Part shown: positions 28,139-36,969 of the stretch, piece by piece | Position numbering within the stretch: position 1 is the stretch's first letter | Layout: every line of letters starts with the position of its first letter | Origin: a virus | Taxonomy: Duplodnaviria > Caudoviricetes | Reading direction: 5' to 3' (one strand) | DNA length: 64,000 nucleotides | IMG/VR virus record: IMGVR_UViG_3300020577_007420 | Location: 12,380 to 76,379 of that record | The notes under the pieces: generated by a model | The model's database searches: none | Told to the model about the DNA's origin: nothing | Seen by the model: only the letters and a program-made list of their open reading frames with translations | Position numbers and translations under genes: made by a program

Positions 28139-28452
28139 AATTTTTCAATCAATATCAGGAATTTGTGAAAGGCATGAAGGTGTATCCTGAGAAATATGCT
28201 ATCATCTATCCAGCCTTAGGTATTGCAGGTGAAGGTGGAGAGGTAGCTGAGAAGGTGAAAAAGTGGCTTAGAGGAGACAGAGAGCTTGACAAGCTCGAAT
28301 TACTGAAGGAAGCAGGTGATGTACTTTGGTATCTGGCCAGTATGGCAGATGACTTAGGATATACCCTACAGGATTTAGTAAACGAAAATGTCAAAAAGCT
28401 AAGCAGCAGAAAGGAACGAGGAGTTCAGAAAGGTAATGGAGATAATCGCTAA
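28123..28452 (+). CDS. MazG-like nucleotide pyrophosphohydrolase
   Basis: LGIAGEGGEVAEKVKK...KEAGDVLWY...N..KL..R. Confidence 0.85.
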   Translation: MEEKIEFFNQYQEFVKGMKVYPEKYAIIYPALGIAGEGGEVAEKVKKWLRGDRELDKLELLKEAGDVLWYLASMADDLGYTLQDLVNENVKKLSSRKERGVQKGNGDNR

Positions 28453-28457
28453 ATAAA

Positions 28458-28488
28458 TTTGGAAATATCGGTTAATTTCCGACCTTTG
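28458..28488 (+). promoter_or_regulatory. probable promoter for the HNH endonuclease
   Basis: TTTG-N19-GACCTTTG, 4 nt before ATG 28493. Confidence 0.5.
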
Positions 28489-28492
28489 TCTT

Positions 28493-28987
28493 ATGGAAAA
28501 TTGGATATGGATACAAGGTTACAAGTATGATTACTATGTAAGTGATAAAGGTAATGTAACTAACCGACATGGAAAAGTTTTAACACCTGTTCTTGACAAA
28601 GATGGTTATTTCAGAATAAGATTAGTGGATAGTAATGGTGTCCGAAAGTTCAGAGCAATACATAGACTTGTAGCTCAGTACTTTATCGGGCACCATTGCT
28701 TTGATACTATGACTGTAAATCATAAGGATGGAAACAAGCAGAATAATATTGCTGAAAACCTTGAGATTATTACAAATTCTGAGAACATAAAACATGCATA
28801 TGCTAATAACTTAAAAAATAATAAAGGTGAGGCTCATGGTAAGGCTCGGTTTACAGAAGTTGATATTAACAATATCAGAGATATGTATGCTAACGGAAAG
28901 AAACAAGTAGAGATAGCCAAGTTGTTTAAGACAACACAACCTCGAATTTATGAAATAGTTAATAGGATAACATGGAGTCATCTATAA
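28493..28987 (+). CDS. free-standing NUMOD4-HNH homing endonuclease
   Basis: YYVSDKGNV; HRLVAQYF; VNHKDGNKQNNIAENLE; C-terminal HTH. Confidence 0.88.
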   Translation: MENWIWIQGYKYDYYVSDKGNVTNRHGKVLTPVLDKDGYFRIRLVDSNGVRKFRAIHRLVAQYFIGHHCFDTMTVNHKDGNKQNNIAENLEIITNSENIKHAYANNLKNNKGEAHGKARFTEVDINNIRDMYANGKKQVEIAKLFKTTQPRIYEIVNRITWSHL

Positions 28988-29000
28988 CAGATAAATAAAC

Positions 29001-29038
29001 ACTCCCTCTGGCTGAGAGGTCAGGGGGAGTTTTCTTTT
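29001..29038 (+). terminator. rho-independent terminator
   Basis: ACTCCCTCTGGC...GTCAGGGGGAGT plus T tract. Confidence 0.75.
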
Positions 29039-29041
29039 ATT

Positions 29042-29227
29042 ATGAATTGGGTACAAATAAATGAACGTCTCTTTGAGTTAGAGAAAAGAGAAAAATCCTC
29101 AAAGGAGATGGAAGAATGGAATAAGTTATTATCTTTGAATGTTGCGGGAATAATTAAAAGAAAGAAAATAAGTGAAGAAGATATCAGAAAAGCAAAAAAA
29201 GAAGAACGAGGAGAAAAAACGACTTAA
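29042..29227 (+). CDS. small hypothetical protein
   Basis: 61 aa ORF right after the terminator. Confidence 0.5.
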   Translation: MNWVQINERLFELEKREKSSKEMEEWNKLLSLNVAGIIKRKKISEEDIRKAKKEERGEKTT

Positions 29228-29537
29228 TCAGATTATGCTCTCTGTCTTTATGGATATATGGCACAAGAGAAGACACTATTCGGAGATATCTGGTAGATGG
29301 TTAGGTAAGGAACCTCTTACTATCTTCTTCCATCATATTCTTCCCAAAAGCAAATATCCTGATGCAGCATTCGATGAGGAGAATATTATTCTTCTCACAG
29401 GAGATGAGCACACAAAGGTCGAGAATGACCCAACCTTCTATCCTGAGATAAATGATAGAAGAGAAAAATTAAAGCAAAAGTATGGAAAAAATAATAGAGG
29501 TAATAAAGAAAGTGCCAGAGGGACAGTATTGGAGTAA
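29172..29537 (+). CDS. HNH/NinG-like small nuclease-fold protein
   Basis: FHHILPKS...ENIILLTGDEH; GTG start. Confidence 0.55.
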   Translation: MKKISEKQKKKNEEKKRLNQIMLSVFMDIWHKRRHYSEISGRWLGKEPLTIFFHHILPKSKYPDAAFDEENIILLTGDEHTKVENDPTFYPEINDRREKLKQKYGKNNRGNKESARGTVLE

Positions 29538-30114
29538 ATCCGAGAACTTTCTGCTTCCTCTGACAGGACTTTCTAAATCTCATAAGTTTCCAATAAAAAC
29601 ATACCTGTTTTGGAGAGACTACTCTATCGAAGATTATCAACTTATAGTTGTATTTTCTTATGACAAGTATGAGGAATTTCTTGTATATTGCAATAGGATA
29701 GTATTTCCTATTCTTGATAAAAATCTCTATTGCATAGAGTCTTATGACTTTGATAAAGAGAGCATATTTATACTAGATTTATCAGAGTGGGCTCTGGATA
29801 TAGAGATGTTCTTAAAGGGTAAATATTCTAAGTTCTCAAGAGATGCCAAGGAAAAGATTGTAGAGTATCATACATATTTTGATAAAGGTGCAAAGATTCC
29901 AATTGAAGTATCAGTTGTAATTGAGCCTAATGTAAAGTATGGATTACTTGGAGGAGTTACTGCACTGGAGTATGTATCAGATAAATATGGTATTCCTTAT
30001 GAGCACATTAAGGAAATTGGTGAGTTGGGGAATATTTATGAAAAAGAAAAAGAAACATTGAATGACTATCTTATTACAGAAGAAGGAAGTACACTTCAGC
30101 AATCCAACTCTTGA
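29482..30114 (+). CDS. hypothetical protein (crAss-like conserved)
   Basis: 210 aa; FLKGKYSKFS motif. Confidence 0.65.
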   Translation: MEKIIEVIKKVPEGQYWSKSENFLLPLTGLSKSHKFPIKTYLFWRDYSIEDYQLIVVFSYDKYEEFLVYCNRIVFPILDKNLYCIESYDFDKESIFILDLSEWALDIEMFLKGKYSKFSRDAKEKIVEYHTYFDKGAKIPIEVSVVIEPNVKYGLLGGVTALEYVSDKYGIPYEHIKEIGELGNIYEKEKETLNDYLITEEGSTLQQSNS

Positions 30115-30259
30115 GGAATTGGCTTATGGAGTAATGTACATTAGAAGCAAACCAGAATTTGATAATTTTAAAGTGATGATAGATGGATTTGACGAGAACA
30201 CAACTATTGAAGGGGGAATACATATATCCAAAGGACCTGATATACCTCAAACCGACTAA
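30062..30259 (+). CDS. small hypothetical protein
   Basis: 65 aa; overlaps both neighbours. Confidence 0.4.
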   Translation: MTILLQKKEVHFSNPTLEELAYGVMYIRSKPEFDNFKVMIDGFDENTTIEGGIHISKGPDIPQTD

Positions 30260-30497
30260 ACATTTTGTTGAGAGGCTTGAGCAAAGAGGTTTGGGATTAG
30301 AATGTATTCCAACAATGGTAAGAGTCACAAAAGATAATGTGCACTCTGCCAAAACAGATAATGGAAAGGAGTTGAGAAGTGTTGTGGTGAGACTTAAATA
30401 TAGCAGTACCAGATACATTTTTCTCTGCTTCAATCCATTTGACGGGAGCCTAAAAACCCTCTGGTTTAGGGACAAAAACAAAAAGGGGAGCCAATAG
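30183..30497 (+). CDS. small protein with TKHFVERLEQRG motif (possible BECR/RNase-like fold)
   Basis: 104 aa; last gene of the + strand arm. Confidence 0.5.
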   Translation: MDLTRTQLLKGEYIYPKDLIYLKPTKHFVERLEQRGLGLECIPTMVRVTKDNVHSAKTDNGKELRSVVVRLKYSSTRYIFLCFNPFDGSLKTLWFRDKNKKGSQ

Positions 30498-30513
30498 CTC
30501 CCCTTCTTTTTTT
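30481..30513. terminator. bidirectional terminator at the convergence of the two genome arms
   Basis: A tract - GGGGAGC-CAATA-GCTCCCC - T tract; coding strand flips here. Confidence 0.85.
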
Positions 30514-30574
30514 CCCCACAACTTCCGATTAAGGAGTTGTTGTAGTGGTAGTTGTTGATGAGGTTGATGTGGTA

Positions 30575-30698
30575 GTAGTTGTTTCTACAATCTCTGTGAT
30601 ATCTACCCAAACAGTACCGTTGTAGTGGTAGTTGTTGAGGTAGTAGTTGTAGTTGTTTCTACAATCTCTGTGATATCTACCCAAGCAGTACCGTTGTA
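30575..30698. repeat. 50-nt direct repeat (30575-30624 and 30649-30698), 49/50 identical, 74 nt apart
   Basis: GTAGTTGTTTCTACAATCTCTGTGATATCTACCCAA(A/G)CAGTACCGTTGTA occurs twice. Confidence 0.9.
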
Positions 30699-30941
30699 CT
30701 TCTCCATTCTCTTTAGAGACTCGTTCCATCTTACTGGATAGGTAATATCAGCAGCCTCTTCACAGCAATCGTCGTAAAACGGTACGTGAAGTTTGTTAAG
30801 ATATTCCCAGAACATCTTTCTGAAACCAAAAAAACCTTTTGTCCAACCTCTTTTGTTTCTATCAGAGGTATTAAACTCTCTGATTAGACCTTTGTCTAGA
30901 CCTTTGTCTTTCATAATTATAGCATGCATTTGTATCGCCAA
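30603..30941 (-). CDS. small protein with C-terminal Thr run (3' end duplicated out of frame)
   Basis: 112 aa; ...KYNGTAWVDITEIVETTTTTTSTTTTTTVLFG. Confidence 0.65.
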   Translation of the reverse strand: MAIQMHAIIMKDKGLDKGLIREFNTSDRNKRGWTKGFFGFRKMFWEYLNKLHVPFYDDCCEEAADITYPVRWNESLKRMEKYNGTAWVDITEIVETTTTTTSTTTTTTVLFG

Positions 30942-30973
30942 TGCAAGAAGCGTTTAAATTATTTATATTATAA

Positions 30974-31345
30974 TTATTCACATATTATTTCTACAAACAA
31001 TACCCATGTATCAGTAATATTAACTGCTGGATTAGTTGCAACTAAATTATCATTAACAATGCTAAAAGTAAATCCAGTATTTAAGAAGTGTGCATTTATA
31101 TCTACTAAGTAGTCTTCCCAAGTGGTTGAGCCATTACCTAGTGTTGATAATGGAACAATTGTCATACTATTTAGTTGCAATCTTATAATGATATAACACG
31201 GTGGTACAAATTCACCAAGATTTTCGGAATTAACCAAAGTGACAGGAATAGTTCTACAACTACAACATATTTTTCTTTTTAATTTGTTGATATATCTCTC
31301 TATATCTGCTCTTGTTGAGTTATATACATCTATTTTTGCTGCCAT
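30974..31345 (-). CDS. hypothetical protein
   Basis: 123 aa; CCSC motif. Confidence 0.6.
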   Translation of the reverse strand: MAAKIDVYNSTRADIERYINKLKRKICCSCRTIPVTLVNSENLGEFVPPCYIIIRLQLNSMTIVPLSTLGNGSTTWEDYLVDINAHFLNTGFTFSIVNDNLVATNPAVNITDTWVLFVEIICE

Positions 31346-31346
31346 T

Positions 31347-31898
31347 TTACGGAATTATACTTTCGTATTTAATAAGTATTTGAGCTATGGCACGGGCTAA
31401 TTCCTTCTTTCTACTATTATACTTGGCTAAATCATCCTCATTAGAGATGAATGCCAATTCAAGAAGACATACTAATCCATCTTCCTTCATTAGAGCAAGA
31501 CGTTTGTGACGTGTGTCAGCTTCTGTTTTTACACCTCTATTTTTAATACCCAAGATGGATGATGTGGTATCAACCAGTTCTTTGGCAAAAGCTTTGTCTA
31601 AACGGTCAGCATCTATCTCTATAAGAGAAGTAGAACCTGTAGCCGTTGATGGACCAGCATCGAAGTGAAATTCTAATACTACAGAACCGTTACCTGTTTG
31701 AATACGGTTTACGTACTGTTGCAGGGTTTCAGTATCAATATCCTTCTTATGAGGAGCTCCTAATATTGTAAGCTCGTGGCTTACTAAATCTCTAAATTCA
31801 ATAGTCAAATCACCCTCTTTAACCCCATTTTGGGAGATTGCCCCGGGGTCAGGATTTACCGGATGTTTACTATGATGTCCTGCTGATATAAATAACAT
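31347..31898 (-). CDS. endolysin, N-acetylmuramoyl-L-alanine amidase (Amidase_3)
   Basis: ISAGH, EGDLT, LEFHFDA, LLELAFISN zinc/catalytic motifs. Confidence 0.88.
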   Translation of the reverse strand: MLFISAGHHSKHPVNPDPGAISQNGVKEGDLTIEFRDLVSHELTILGAPHKKDIDTETLQQYVNRIQTGNGSVVLEFHFDAGPSTATGSTSLIEIDADRLDKAFAKELVDTTSSILGIKNRGVKTEADTRHKRLALMKEDGLVCLLELAFISNEDDLAKYNSRKKELARAIAQILIKYESIIP

Positions 31899-31946
31899 AT
31901 ATTTAACTTTTAAATTTCCAAATATATCCTCCTGCTGATATAAAAA

Positions 31947-32195
31947 TCATACGTCTCCTCCTTCTTGTTTTTCTTCTGTTTTTGTGATTTCTGGCTTATT
32001 TATTCCTAGCCACTTCTCTACAAACTTCTCAATACTTCGAGGAGTATAAAGTAGTATGGTTCCCATTACGAAACCAGCTATGCCTTCCCAGATGAATGGG
32101 ATAGCAGAAGCAAATACCAGTAATAATGTTGCCAATAATACTAATATTCCGATTAAGGACGATATCCATCCTTTTATTACATTAAGTACTTTCAT
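31947..32195 (-). CDS. holin-like two-TM protein
   Basis: Two hydrophobic helices and a charged tail; next to the amidase. Confidence 0.6.
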   Translation of the reverse strand: MKVLNVIKGWISSLIGILVLLATLLLVFASAIPFIWEGIAGFVMGTILLYTPRSIEKFVEKWLGINKPEITKTEEKQEGGDV

Positions 32196-32205
32196 ATATA
32201 AAAGT

Positions 32206-32493
32206 TTATTCTATCAGCTTTGCCAGCTTTTCCTGTAAGTGCTCAATTTCTTGTCTAAGTCTATCATTTTCAGACCTTAATTCATTTACTAAAATCCTCA
32301 GTTCATCAACCTCTCTTTTAAGGTCTTCTGCCAGATTTCTCCAGATAGCAACAGCTTTTTCTGTTGCGTCTAGCTCACTAAATTGAGCCTGTGCAGCAGT
32401 AACTCTTGTTTCTGCGTCCTGTTTTTTCTTCCCAAGAAAATAGCCTACTACCATGGTGGCAATGCTGACTGCCCCACTAACGATTAGTTCCAT
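32206..32493 (-). CDS. membrane-anchored coiled-coil protein (holin/lysis accessory)
   Basis: N-terminal TM followed by a heptad repeat. Confidence 0.55.
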   Translation of the reverse strand: MELIVSGAVSIATMVVGYFLGKKKQDAETRVTAAQAQFSELDATEKAVAIWRNLAEDLKREVDELRILVNELRSENDRLRQEIEHLQEKLAKLIE

Positions 32494-32522
32494 TCGATTG
32501 TAATTTAGAGGTTAATGATACT

Positions 32523-32553
32523 ATAATATAAGCTATTTCAACGATTTGTCAAA
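32523..32553 (-). promoter_or_regulatory. probable promoter of the lysis cassette
   Basis: Minus strand TTTG-N19-TATATTAT. Confidence 0.45.
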
Positions 32554-32567
32554 AATAACCTATTAAG

Positions 32568-33563
32568 TTATTTTACCTCTTTCATTGCCTCGACATAGAA
32601 CCAAGATGCACTATCCTTCTTTACAGCATGATTTTTTCCCAGTGGAGATTTATCTATCCAGTCTCCTTTATAAAATAATCCCGGATGTCCTTTTGTGGCC
32701 CCAGCATTATGAAAGATGGGTTTCTTGTGGTACGTTTCTGCAGAATCTGTAGCCCAGCTAAAATCAAGCTCTGGTGTTACATCTGTAATCTTATTGCGTG
32801 ACCATAGAGCCATATTAACGGCCCACATATCTGCACACCAGCTTTGGAATCCTTCAGCTTCAGACTTAAAGTATTTTTTATTTATGGAGTTGGGAACACT
32901 AAACGAGAAGGCTTTCCTAATCTCAACACATTGTCTTTCTACATCTCTCCAGAAATCTCCATCTATCCCTTTTAGTATATATTGTGCTCCACCTGTCCTT
33001 CCTGTATAGGATTTTATTATATCTACTGTTACGTTTCCTATCTTAGCCAAGGTCTCTATTGCCTCATGTTCTGGGATATTTCCCTGTTGCTCTTTTCTTC
33101 TTAGGTAATCGTAATCAAGATAGTGAGAGGTATCTGATTGCCAGTTTATTGCACCTTCTGCAAGTGATTGAAAATCAGGAAGATAGTTAAATATGATGTC
33201 ACTATCGTGGTAAAATATGACCTCATTTTTAAGATGAGGATACATATCAAAGTGCTTAGCTAGTATCTGAGGTCTAAGCTGTGGAATATATAATCCCAAA
33301 TCTACTCCCGTATCCTTATAGAAGGAAAAACTTACCTCTGGATATTTTCTAGCTAAAGCTACCCACTCATCAATCTTTATTTTCACAGGAGAGTGTCCCT
33401 GCTTTTGGAGCATTTCATTATCTGGATACCAGACTAGTACATGCATGAGATGGGATATCTTATGCTTTCTAAAGTTTACTATATTTACCTCCACTTGCCA
33501 TATAAAATATAAGTCATGAGGACATGCTTGTATAAATTTTATATTAGATATATTTCCAGTCAT
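32568..33563 (-). CDS. GT-A fold glycosyltransferase, peptide O-glycosyltransferase (HPAT/SGT)-like
   Basis: YHDSDIIF (DxD), GGAQY, WCADMWAVNMALW, IFHNAG; start ATG 33563 preferred over TTG 33590. Confidence 0.6.
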   Translation of the reverse strand: MTGNISNIKFIQACPHDLYFIWQVEVNIVNFRKHKISHLMHVLVWYPDNEMLQKQGHSPVKIKIDEWVALARKYPEVSFSFYKDTGVDLGLYIPQLRPQILAKHFDMYPHLKNEVIFYHDSDIIFNYLPDFQSLAEGAINWQSDTSHYLDYDYLRRKEQQGNIPEHEAIETLAKIGNVTVDIIKSYTGRTGGAQYILKGIDGDFWRDVERQCVEIRKAFSFSVPNSINKKYFKSEAEGFQSWCADMWAVNMALWSRNKITDVTPELDFSWATDSAETYHKKPIFHNAGATKGHPGLFYKGDWIDKSPLGKNHAVKKDSASWFYVEAMKEVK

Positions 33564-34125
33564 ATCCTCCTGCAAAGAATTTTTCTCCATTCTTGTTGAT
33601 TTTATTTGTTAAGGTAAGATGAATAGTTGAACGAGGTATTTTTAAAAATTTAGAAGCCTCAGATAATGTATCAAAAATTAATTCTTCACCTGTTAATATA
33701 TTTATTGCTTTTGTTTTCTTTGAAATACTTTTATATGAACCTTTTAATATTTTTGTTTGTTTTGTTTTAAGTATTTCCTCTTTTGTTCTTTTAAACCCTT
33801 TTAAAGAATTAGAAGTTTTTATTCTACTTTCTATTGAAGGAATATAACCAGTACTACCATCTCCACCATCTGTTAAATTTACTAATGTACCTTTTTTTAA
33901 ATTTCTTCTCCCATAAAAAGATATTAGATATTTCTCTATAACACAAGCTTCTTCCCATATTAAGTCTTTATGAGTTATTTCTACATCATAATCATATTTA
34001 TTTACTATAAATTTCCACCATCTATTTCTACTATCTTTACTATATGCTCTTTTTTCAAATTCTCCTATTCCAACATAGAATACTTCATTAGAATTTTTCT
34101 TTTTATGTATATATACTATTGCCAT
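33544..34125 (-). CDS. free-standing GIY-YIG-like homing endonuclease
   Basis: IVYIH...FYVGIG...R; EKYLI..YGR; LVNLTDGGDG; C-terminal FDTLSEASKFL HTH; very AT-rich. Confidence 0.75.
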   Translation of the reverse strand: MAIVYIHKKKNSNEVFYVGIGEFEKRAYSKDSRNRWWKFIVNKYDYDVEITHKDLIWEEACVIEKYLISFYGRRNLKKGTLVNLTDGGDGSTGYIPSIESRIKTSNSLKGFKRTKEEILKTKQTKILKGSYKSISKKTKAINILTGEELIFDTLSEASKFLKIPRSTIHLTLTNKINKNGEKFFAGGYDWKYI

Positions 34126-34844
34126 TATACTTTATAATAATGTTCTGCCCAAGATTTTGAGACTGGAGTTATTATTCCATCTCCAATATCCTTAGAATAA
34201 CTTGCATAATTATTAAAATTTTCAGGATTATGGGGATTACCAGATGTCTTAAATGTTGGGATTTCCTGACTCCAGTCACATATATAAGTAGGTACTCCAT
34301 CTGGGTCTACGAATATCTGCTTATCATATATAAGAGGATTTAACCATTTATGATGCTGGGCTACACTCTCATCTCCGAATCCATGCTCCTTTATATGCTT
34401 TGCATCTACAAAGATAGATGGTTCAAGTGTGTTCTCAACTAAAGTAAGTCTATTTCCAGTTTGCTTATAGTAGGACCTTTGTGGCTTATATGCCTTTTTT
34501 CCTCCCTTTATATACCCTTTTACTCCTTCTTCTACATGATTTGGGAGAAATATATCGTCATCATCCATAAAGTTTACGATATCTACATCATCTGGAATAA
34601 ACCTAATGGCATCATTATAAATCTCACCCAACGTCCTATATGCTCTTCTTTCCTTTAAATGTGTATGATTGTTTATTAAAATAAACTTATTTGCAGGAAG
34701 ATTAGTATTAAGTCTCTGTTGCTGAGGAGCATTATTATATATTAGATGCACATAGTTCTCATAAGTCTGCTCTAATACAAACCTAACAAGTCTTTCTAGC
34801 TGCTTGTGTCTATTCTTTGTTGCTGTGATGAGACATACTTTCAT
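34125..34844 (-). CDS. glycosyltransferase family 2
   Basis: VCLITATKNR...EQTYEN; FMDDDDIFLPNHV. Confidence 0.82.
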   Translation of the reverse strand: MKVCLITATKNRHKQLERLVRFVLEQTYENYVHLIYNNAPQQQRLNTNLPANKFILINNHTHLKERRAYRTLGEIYNDAIRFIPDDVDIVNFMDDDDIFLPNHVEEGVKGYIKGGKKAYKPQRSYYKQTGNRLTLVENTLEPSIFVDAKHIKEHGFGDESVAQHHKWLNPLIYDKQIFVDPDGVPTYICDWSQEIPTFKTSGNPHNPENFNNYASYSKDIGDGIITPVSKSWAEHYYKV

Positions 34845-35266
34845 TGTATAGTAATAATATTTGAAGTTAAATCAATCTTCATTCCTACCGATGCCATATG
34901 GTCAATACCTAAAATACCTCCTATTGGTAAATCTTTTACAATATACTCAATATCAGTAACATATATATCTCCATCCATCTTATGCTTGCCAAGTTTTATT
35001 GTAGATTGGTCAACTAACATAATCTTCTTTGCTCCACCATAACCTGTTATCTCCTTTCCCCAAGATAACTTCTTGATATTCAATTTATTAACCACATCAT
35101 CATCTAAGATAGTTATAGCTCCTCCTGTATCTAATATCATTTCAATAGGAACACCATCTATAGTTACAACTATTGTTGGTAAATGATATTGTCTATTTAT
35201 CTGATGAGTATAGGTATCAGATTTACAGGCTACAAATAGTAGCAATATTAGTAGTAGTTTTTTCAT
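34841..35266 (-). CDS. retropepsin-like aspartic protease with lipoprotein signal peptide
   Basis: MKKLLLILLLFVAC lipobox; MILDTGG; GILGID. Confidence 0.8.
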   Translation of the reverse strand: MKKLLLILLLFVACKSDTYTHQINRQYHLPTIVVTIDGVPIEMILDTGGAITILDDDVVNKLNIKKLSWGKEITGYGGAKKIMLVDQSTIKLGKHKMDGDIYVTDIEYIVKDLPIGGILGIDHMASVGMKIDLTSNIITIQ

Positions 35267-36969
35267 TATAAGCAGTTACCATCGTTTACAGTAAGGGTTA
35301 AAGGAGATGGACCAGTCATATCTACATTTGTCCAAGTTGCATTAGGTGAAGGGTCACCTGCTCCAACTGGTTCACATGTCAGAGGTGTTCCATATGTATC
35401 AACAAGTGTAATATTCTGACCACCTATTGCATTTGACCAAACCACATATACATCAACTAATCCATCATTTGCTAAAGTATGGTTACTATCTGGGTCACCG
35501 GGACCAGCATAGCTTCCCGGAACAGTAACTCCATCCAATTCAAATGTAGTGACAGTAACATCAAGAGATGTATTAGATACCACTATATTCTCATTTATAC
35601 CAGATGTTGTAGTTGTAGTCGTAGAAGTTGTTGCAGGTTCTTGTGTAGTTGTAGTCGTAGTCGATGTTGTTGCCTCAGTTGTTGTTGTTGTTGTTGAGGT
35701 AGTAGCATCTGGTCCACAAGGCCCCATATTTGTTATTACAGGGTCACCACATGTAACATTAAGTGTTCCAGTTCTTGCACAAATTAGTGTAACACTTACT
35801 ACAAAAATAGAGAATGGTGCTCCACTTTCACAATCTTCCCACTCTATACATGAACCACCATTGCCCTGAACTTGATAAGATGTACAATCAAGCGGAGCTT
35901 GTGTTGTTGTAGTTGAGGTAGAGGTTGTCGTAGATGTTGAAGTAGTTGTAGTTGTGGTAGTTGTTGTAGGCTCCTCAGTTGTGGTTGTAGTTGTTGAGGA
36001 TGTAGTTGTAGTGGTTGTACCAGCACAAGGATATCCACCTACTCCATTATCAGTAACAGTAACTCCCGGAATCACAGTTATATTAAAATGCTCAGGACAG
36101 CTACACAAATAGTATGTAGAACCTGCACCTAATGTAACATAAGTTATTACATCTGAACCACATGTCTTAAAGTTGAATGAGATAGGAACAGATGTCTCTA
36201 TAAAGTAACCATGGCATTCACATGGAGCAGCAGTAGTAGTTGTAGTGGTAGATGAAGTTGTAGTCGTAGATGTGGATGTAGAAGTAGACGTGGTAGATGT
36301 CGTAGTGGTTGTTGTCGTATCTGGACAAAAAGAACCACAATCTGCAGAGTAAACTCCCGTATTTATTGTAACAAATGGTAAACTATAAGTTGTTAAGCCA
36401 ACTATCTTATAGTAAGAAGTAGGAACTGTTACCCCTTGATAATAATAAAGTGGGCTATATATAAATCCAGAAGGTACCTGAATAACTACGTTCTTTGCAA
36501 CTAATTGACAATCACCATCTAAGCAAGAATACTCATCCGCATAGTAATATGTAAATTCAGGAACAGTTGTAGTAGTTGTTGTAGAGGTCGTTGTAGTTGT
36601 TCCACAACAGTCACATTTTGCATTTATAATTGCCTGTAGCTTCTCTTCGAAGGTTAAAGCTTGCCACGCTTCCTGACTCATCAGGCACTTGGGGTCAACG
36701 TCATCCAGCACATCGTTTAATGCAACGGTTACATCGACAGTTGAGGTAGTTAAAAATCCATCTTCATCTCTATACTCTATAATGAGATTGTTTCCCTGAA
36801 AACGGAAACCTGACATGAAGGTAAGTGTCTCACAATCTTTAACCCATTTACATAAATCGGGTTGTTGTTCAAATATGAGACATAATGCCTTAACTATACC
36901 AACTCTCCATTCGAATGGTATATCGCATAGATAGGCATGCAAGTCTTTATGGCAATTACAAATTTTCAT
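35266..36969 (-). CDS. mucin-like structural protein: Cys-rich modules separated by four Thr/Ser runs
   Basis: 567 aa; four long Thr/Ser tracts encoded by mixed ACT/ACA/ACC/ACG codons. Confidence 0.8.
   Translation of the reverse strand: MKICNCHKDLHAYLCDIPFEWRVGIVKALCLIFEQQPDLCKWVKDCETLTFMSGFRFQGNNLIIEYRDEDGFLTTSTVDVTVALNDVLDDVDPKCLMSQEAWQALTFEEKLQAIINAKCDCCGTTTTTSTTTTTTVPEFTYYYADEYSCLDGDCQLVAKNVVIQVPSGFIYSPLYYYQGVTVPTSYYKIVGLTTYSLPFVTINTGVYSADCGSFCPDTTTTTTTSTTSTSTSTSTTTTSSTTTTTTAAPCECHGYFIETSVPISFNFKTCGSDVITYVTLGAGSTYYLCSCPEHFNITVIPGVTVTDNGVGGYPCAGTTTTTTSSTTTTTTEEPTTTTTTTTTSTSTTTSTSTTTTQAPLDCTSYQVQGNGGSCIEWEDCESGAPFSIFVVSVTLICARTGTLNVTCGDPVITNMGPCGPDATTSTTTTTTEATTSTTTTTTQEPATTSTTTTTTSGINENIVVSNTSLDVTVTTFELDGVTVPGSYAGPGDPDSNHTLANDGLVDVYVVWSNAIGGQNITLVDTYGTPLTCEPVGAGDPSPNATWTNVDMTGPSPLTLTVNDGNCL

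Noticed and set aside
30575-30698. DGR template/variable repeat pair or mini-CRISPR
   Set aside because: Only two copies with a single mismatch, and no reverse transcriptase in the window; a local duplication explains it.
33544-34125. Group I intron splitting a single glycosyltransferase
   Set aside because: The HEG overlaps both neighbours directly, no intron core was seen, and the flanking GTs each have their own start, DxD motif and stop.
35479-36038. ORFs 35479-35697(+), 35549-35869(+) and 35844-36038(-)
   Set aside because: Shadow frames of the Thr-run codons (Val/Cys/Gln-rich artefacts).
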